Positions 60,671 through 64,000 of a stretch of 64,000 nt of DNA are shown here, one piece after another. The notes below the pieces were generated by a model. That model was not told the origin of the DNA and searched no databases. It saw only the letters and a list, made by a program, of their open reading frames with translations. The translations under genes were made by a program, and so were the position numbers. Each line of letters begins with the position of its first letter. The stretch's first letter is position 1. Origin of the DNA: Parasitella parasitica NRRL 2501 (lineage: Eukaryota > Fungi > Mucoromycota); the NCBI GenBank assembly GCA_025201805.1, contig MU619238.1:137970-201969 (forward strand), given 5' to 3'.

Positions 60671-63158
60671 ATTTGTGATGTGATGATAAAAGAGATGTGT
60701 ATATGTATATGTAAATCCTGAGCCTGAGAAAGTAAAAGCGTCTTTTATATACAAGGTCAATGGGTGTGGTCTAAAAACTTGATTTTTATTGTGAACCAAA
60801 TAATAACATACATACAATGAGACTATAGTTATTGGAGTTATTGTCAGAATAATAGACTGTCGCTAAACTCAATGTGGGACAAAAATAAAAAGAGCTCAAT
60901 ATTACATGTGCATAACTTTCTTAATAGGCAAAGCCTTTAGTGGTGGTTACCACAATGAGTTGCTTGACTTTGCACCATCGAAGACTTCTCAGTTCTCAAA
61001 ATGTTGTTGTTGTTTTTTTTTTTTTTTTNNNNNNNNNNNNNNNNNNNNGATTTGGAGCTATTGACTATTGCAAAAAGGATACCAAAAATCCGTCTTAATA
61101 ATTTATACATGCAGGCAAAAATAGTTGAATTTGTTGTTACCCTATACAGGATATATTCAATTGGCCACGTGCAAATACAATGGTGCATGTATTGTGCCTT
61201 TATTTCTATTTTATAAACAATTTGTGTAGACATCATAATAACCAAGTGACACTTATTAGTATTTATTTCTACTTGTCCCAGGCGTTTATATTATTTACCA
61301 GTGAACACGGAATTGTGCAAATAGCAATACCCTTTTATCAAAACAGTTGTCTAATAAATTTACGTAGGGGGTCTATTTTAAGGCAGAATGATAGCGTATA
61401 AAGGCCACAATGTTAAATATAATCACAATGAATTATATAGCTAAATGTACAATCACTGCTCCTAGGATCATTGATAATTTCCTTGCTATCATGTTGGCCG
61501 TCATATCCTTTACGAAATCAATCTTTGCACATCAGGACCTTGCTTTTCTGTCTGAGGACAGAGAACATCATAAAAGACAGTGATTAGAAAGTATCCATCA
61601 GATGAATACCAAGTTTTATAAATTTCGCAGGCACGAAAAATCCTAAATTTTAGTATATATTTTGGCACAAAATCATTGTTTGTTCAAGCATGATGCATAG
61701 TTTTAGAGGTTTGAGGCATTAACTATACATTGAGGATTTAAATAAGATTGGCATGAATTGTCACTTCAATGAAAGCAGGTCAAGTCATTGATACTGCTCT
61801 TGAGTGTCGAAATTTGTCTGCAGGCTCAATTACTATTAAAACGGCTGGATTCTTTACTCATAGTAGATACCTATGGTGGTCTTTATATGAGACCACATTT
61901 CCAGGTTAATTAAAAAACAATGTGTAATTAAAGCGCTTCTGAAATGCTCACTTCTCATACATTTTGCAACGAAGTCAATGGAATTCAAATGTATGATAAA
62001 TCTTGCCGCTGCACAGTGGCTGCTATATTGGAAGAACGTTTTCTGGAGATGATGAAGGAGACAGCCCAAAAATAAAAAATAAAAAAACGAGGAAAATCAA
62101 GTGTAAATAACTATCGAAAATCTTGAACGATGAATTCTACCACTAAATATAAGCGTCCAAACAGAAACTGAAGCAATTTAAACGTCTCTAAATATGTATA
62201 CACTCTTTGAGGATGTATCCATTAGCTGTGTTTTTCAATTTTCTGTTTAGAAGTATTTGACCACAGATATCGATGGCTAAATTGCGCCAAATGCACATCG
62301 CATTTGATTGCCATGTACGCCAACAATTATCATTTAAATCAAATACCTCATTCAAATTACATCTCGAAAACCCGCTTCTCATCCGACATTACACATTAAA
62401 TGTATGGCTAATGAAGTTATTGATTGAAGACATCAACATCGCTAAGCTCGGTAGTTGTGTCAAGTAAGAAGCACTAAAACTTGAAAATTGACAAGACCTC
62501 GCACCTGCTAAAAGTTTTTATAGGTTTGGTAGATCCTGAATTCGAATTTATGAGAAAACGAGGTATACAGGTTCACTCAAGTAATGCTCTCTTTAAAGCC
62601 TTTGTAAAGATATTCTGGTCGAACATTAGACAATGCCACAAAAAAAGCAATAGCGGTGGTTACTGGACTTGTTGCTGATTCGTATATAGCTTATAATACT
62701 ATGCCACCTATATTACTCATTATATAAGGCTTTATTATTCTGAATACATGTTTTTTTCTCATTGGGAAGGAGTAGCAAAGATTGCATGCTGATCCAAGTA
62801 CTGCATCATCCTATAATTTCTACGTAGGATAATTGCCCAGTCTACGAAATCTAAAAAGGCAAAAAAAAAAAACATTGCTCTCATGTAAAATAAGACACCA
62901 TTATACACATTGTTGTTTCAGGTTGTATAGTATTTAATACGAGACAAACATCAACAATAATATAAGTCAAGATGCAAGTGTGCAGATCGCGGATAATATA
63001 TATATGGTAAATATAAATATAGCACTGTATGTAAAGTTTGAAAGGTATGTAGAGGAGGAATTATAATTCATTATCTTGATGTTGTATTTTTAAGGAGTGT
63101 GTACTGTATTTGAGATAAGAGGATATATAATTGCTATTATCGACAGACCCAGTAATTA

Positions 63159-63922
63159 TTATGGAAACTATACAAAAACGTGAGTAATAGTGCAAACACA
63201 ACTCCTGCCCTTTATCACATACATAATTACTAGGAACAATACCAACGGTGCCATCTCCCTTTCTTGCTTGCCACCAATTACCGCTTTTATTCAGGATTTC
63301 TAACTCTTCTCCCTTTACAAAGCTGATTTCGTTTGGGTCATCAGGATTAGCCGTATCTATAAATATAAGGAGTAAAACACTTAATACTGTATCCTAACAT
63401 CTGCTCGACAAACATAGAGAGAGAAAGAGAGAGAAAGAAACTTACAGGCATGAACTGCAGTGGCTGTTGGATTTTGTTGCTGCTGCTGCTGTTGTTGTTG
63501 TTCTGATGCCAGACCGGGGGAATTCAATACAGAAGATTGATGGATACTAGTCATTGAGCTTTGCTGATGATGTTGATGGGTGTAACCAGTCGCTTCGGGT
63601 GAAGATAAAGCAACTTTGCTTTCTTTGGGGCTGCCATGTAATCCAATGGCTGCCACATTTTGTGATTTAGGAAAAGTGAATCCCGAGTAAATCAGTTGAA
63701 ACACGGCAGATTCCTCTGAACAACCAAAGACAATGACCCAAAAAAACTTGTTTGGTGGTTAGATATCAAAACAAGTGTACCCAAATCCAACCTCTCACCT
63801 GCATGACAATCAAAATAACAGCACCTGCGCCAGCCGCTTGATTTCCAGCGGAATCGTAGCCCATTAATCCATTGATGGTGGTTGTTAAAAGGGAGATACT
63901 TATACCTAAAAATGCTAAAAAC
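63159..63922 (-). CDS. SHO1: Sho1 osmosensor, 3' part (5' end beyond window)
   Basis: Spliced TM segments [12 protein letters not shown] and [13 protein letters not shown]|FFWVIVFG, then SH3 domain ATAVHA|[45 protein letters not shown]|FP*. Confidence 0.9.
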
Positions 63923-64000
63923 TATATATTTATATATATATATATAAAAGTAAGAAACGTTTGCCATTATCAAGCGTCCATTATTGTCTTATTACCATGA

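Noticed and set aside
1-64000. CRISPR arrays, rRNA, tRNA
   Set aside because: Eukaryotic locus; no repeat-spacer array, rRNA-like sequence or cloverleaf with A/B boxes recognised by eye.

Overview
Eukaryotic, intron-rich, AT-rich fungal genomic DNA with short (about 50-90 nt) GT-AG introns. Gene content and lineage-typical families point to Mucorales (Mucor-like); this is an inference. Left to right: a 5'-truncated, TSD-flanked non-LTR retrotransposon; MET16 (+); MMS19/MET18 (-); RPT5 (-); MTHFR/MET13 (-); a 1162-aa protein with 15 long-linker C2H2 fingers and an acidic repeat tail (+); a divergent DUF1688/URC4-like gene (-); NUP42-like FG nucleoporin (-); a Ser/Thr-rich single-pass membrane protein (+); cytochrome P450 (-); two paralogous intronless F-box genes separated by a dead Tc1/mariner-IS630 transposase; a WNK-type kinase with a SAM-like C-terminus (-); Pumilio/PUF3-like (-); CUE-domain protein (-); alternative oxidase (+); a third F-box gene (+); U2AF large subunit (+); MSS116-like DEAD-box helicase (+, start in or before an N-gap); an orphan LRR-like ORF (-); and the 3' part of SHO1 (-). 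Most notable signals: the 15-finger array, an exact CGG-N7-CGG motif in the AOX promoter, the fungal WNK kinase, three yeast-MET orthologues among four consecutive genes, back-to-back intron-like units (AG|GTAAG) at the window start, and a 27-bp G:U-compatible hairpin. Exon structures were assembled by eye; no database searches were run.
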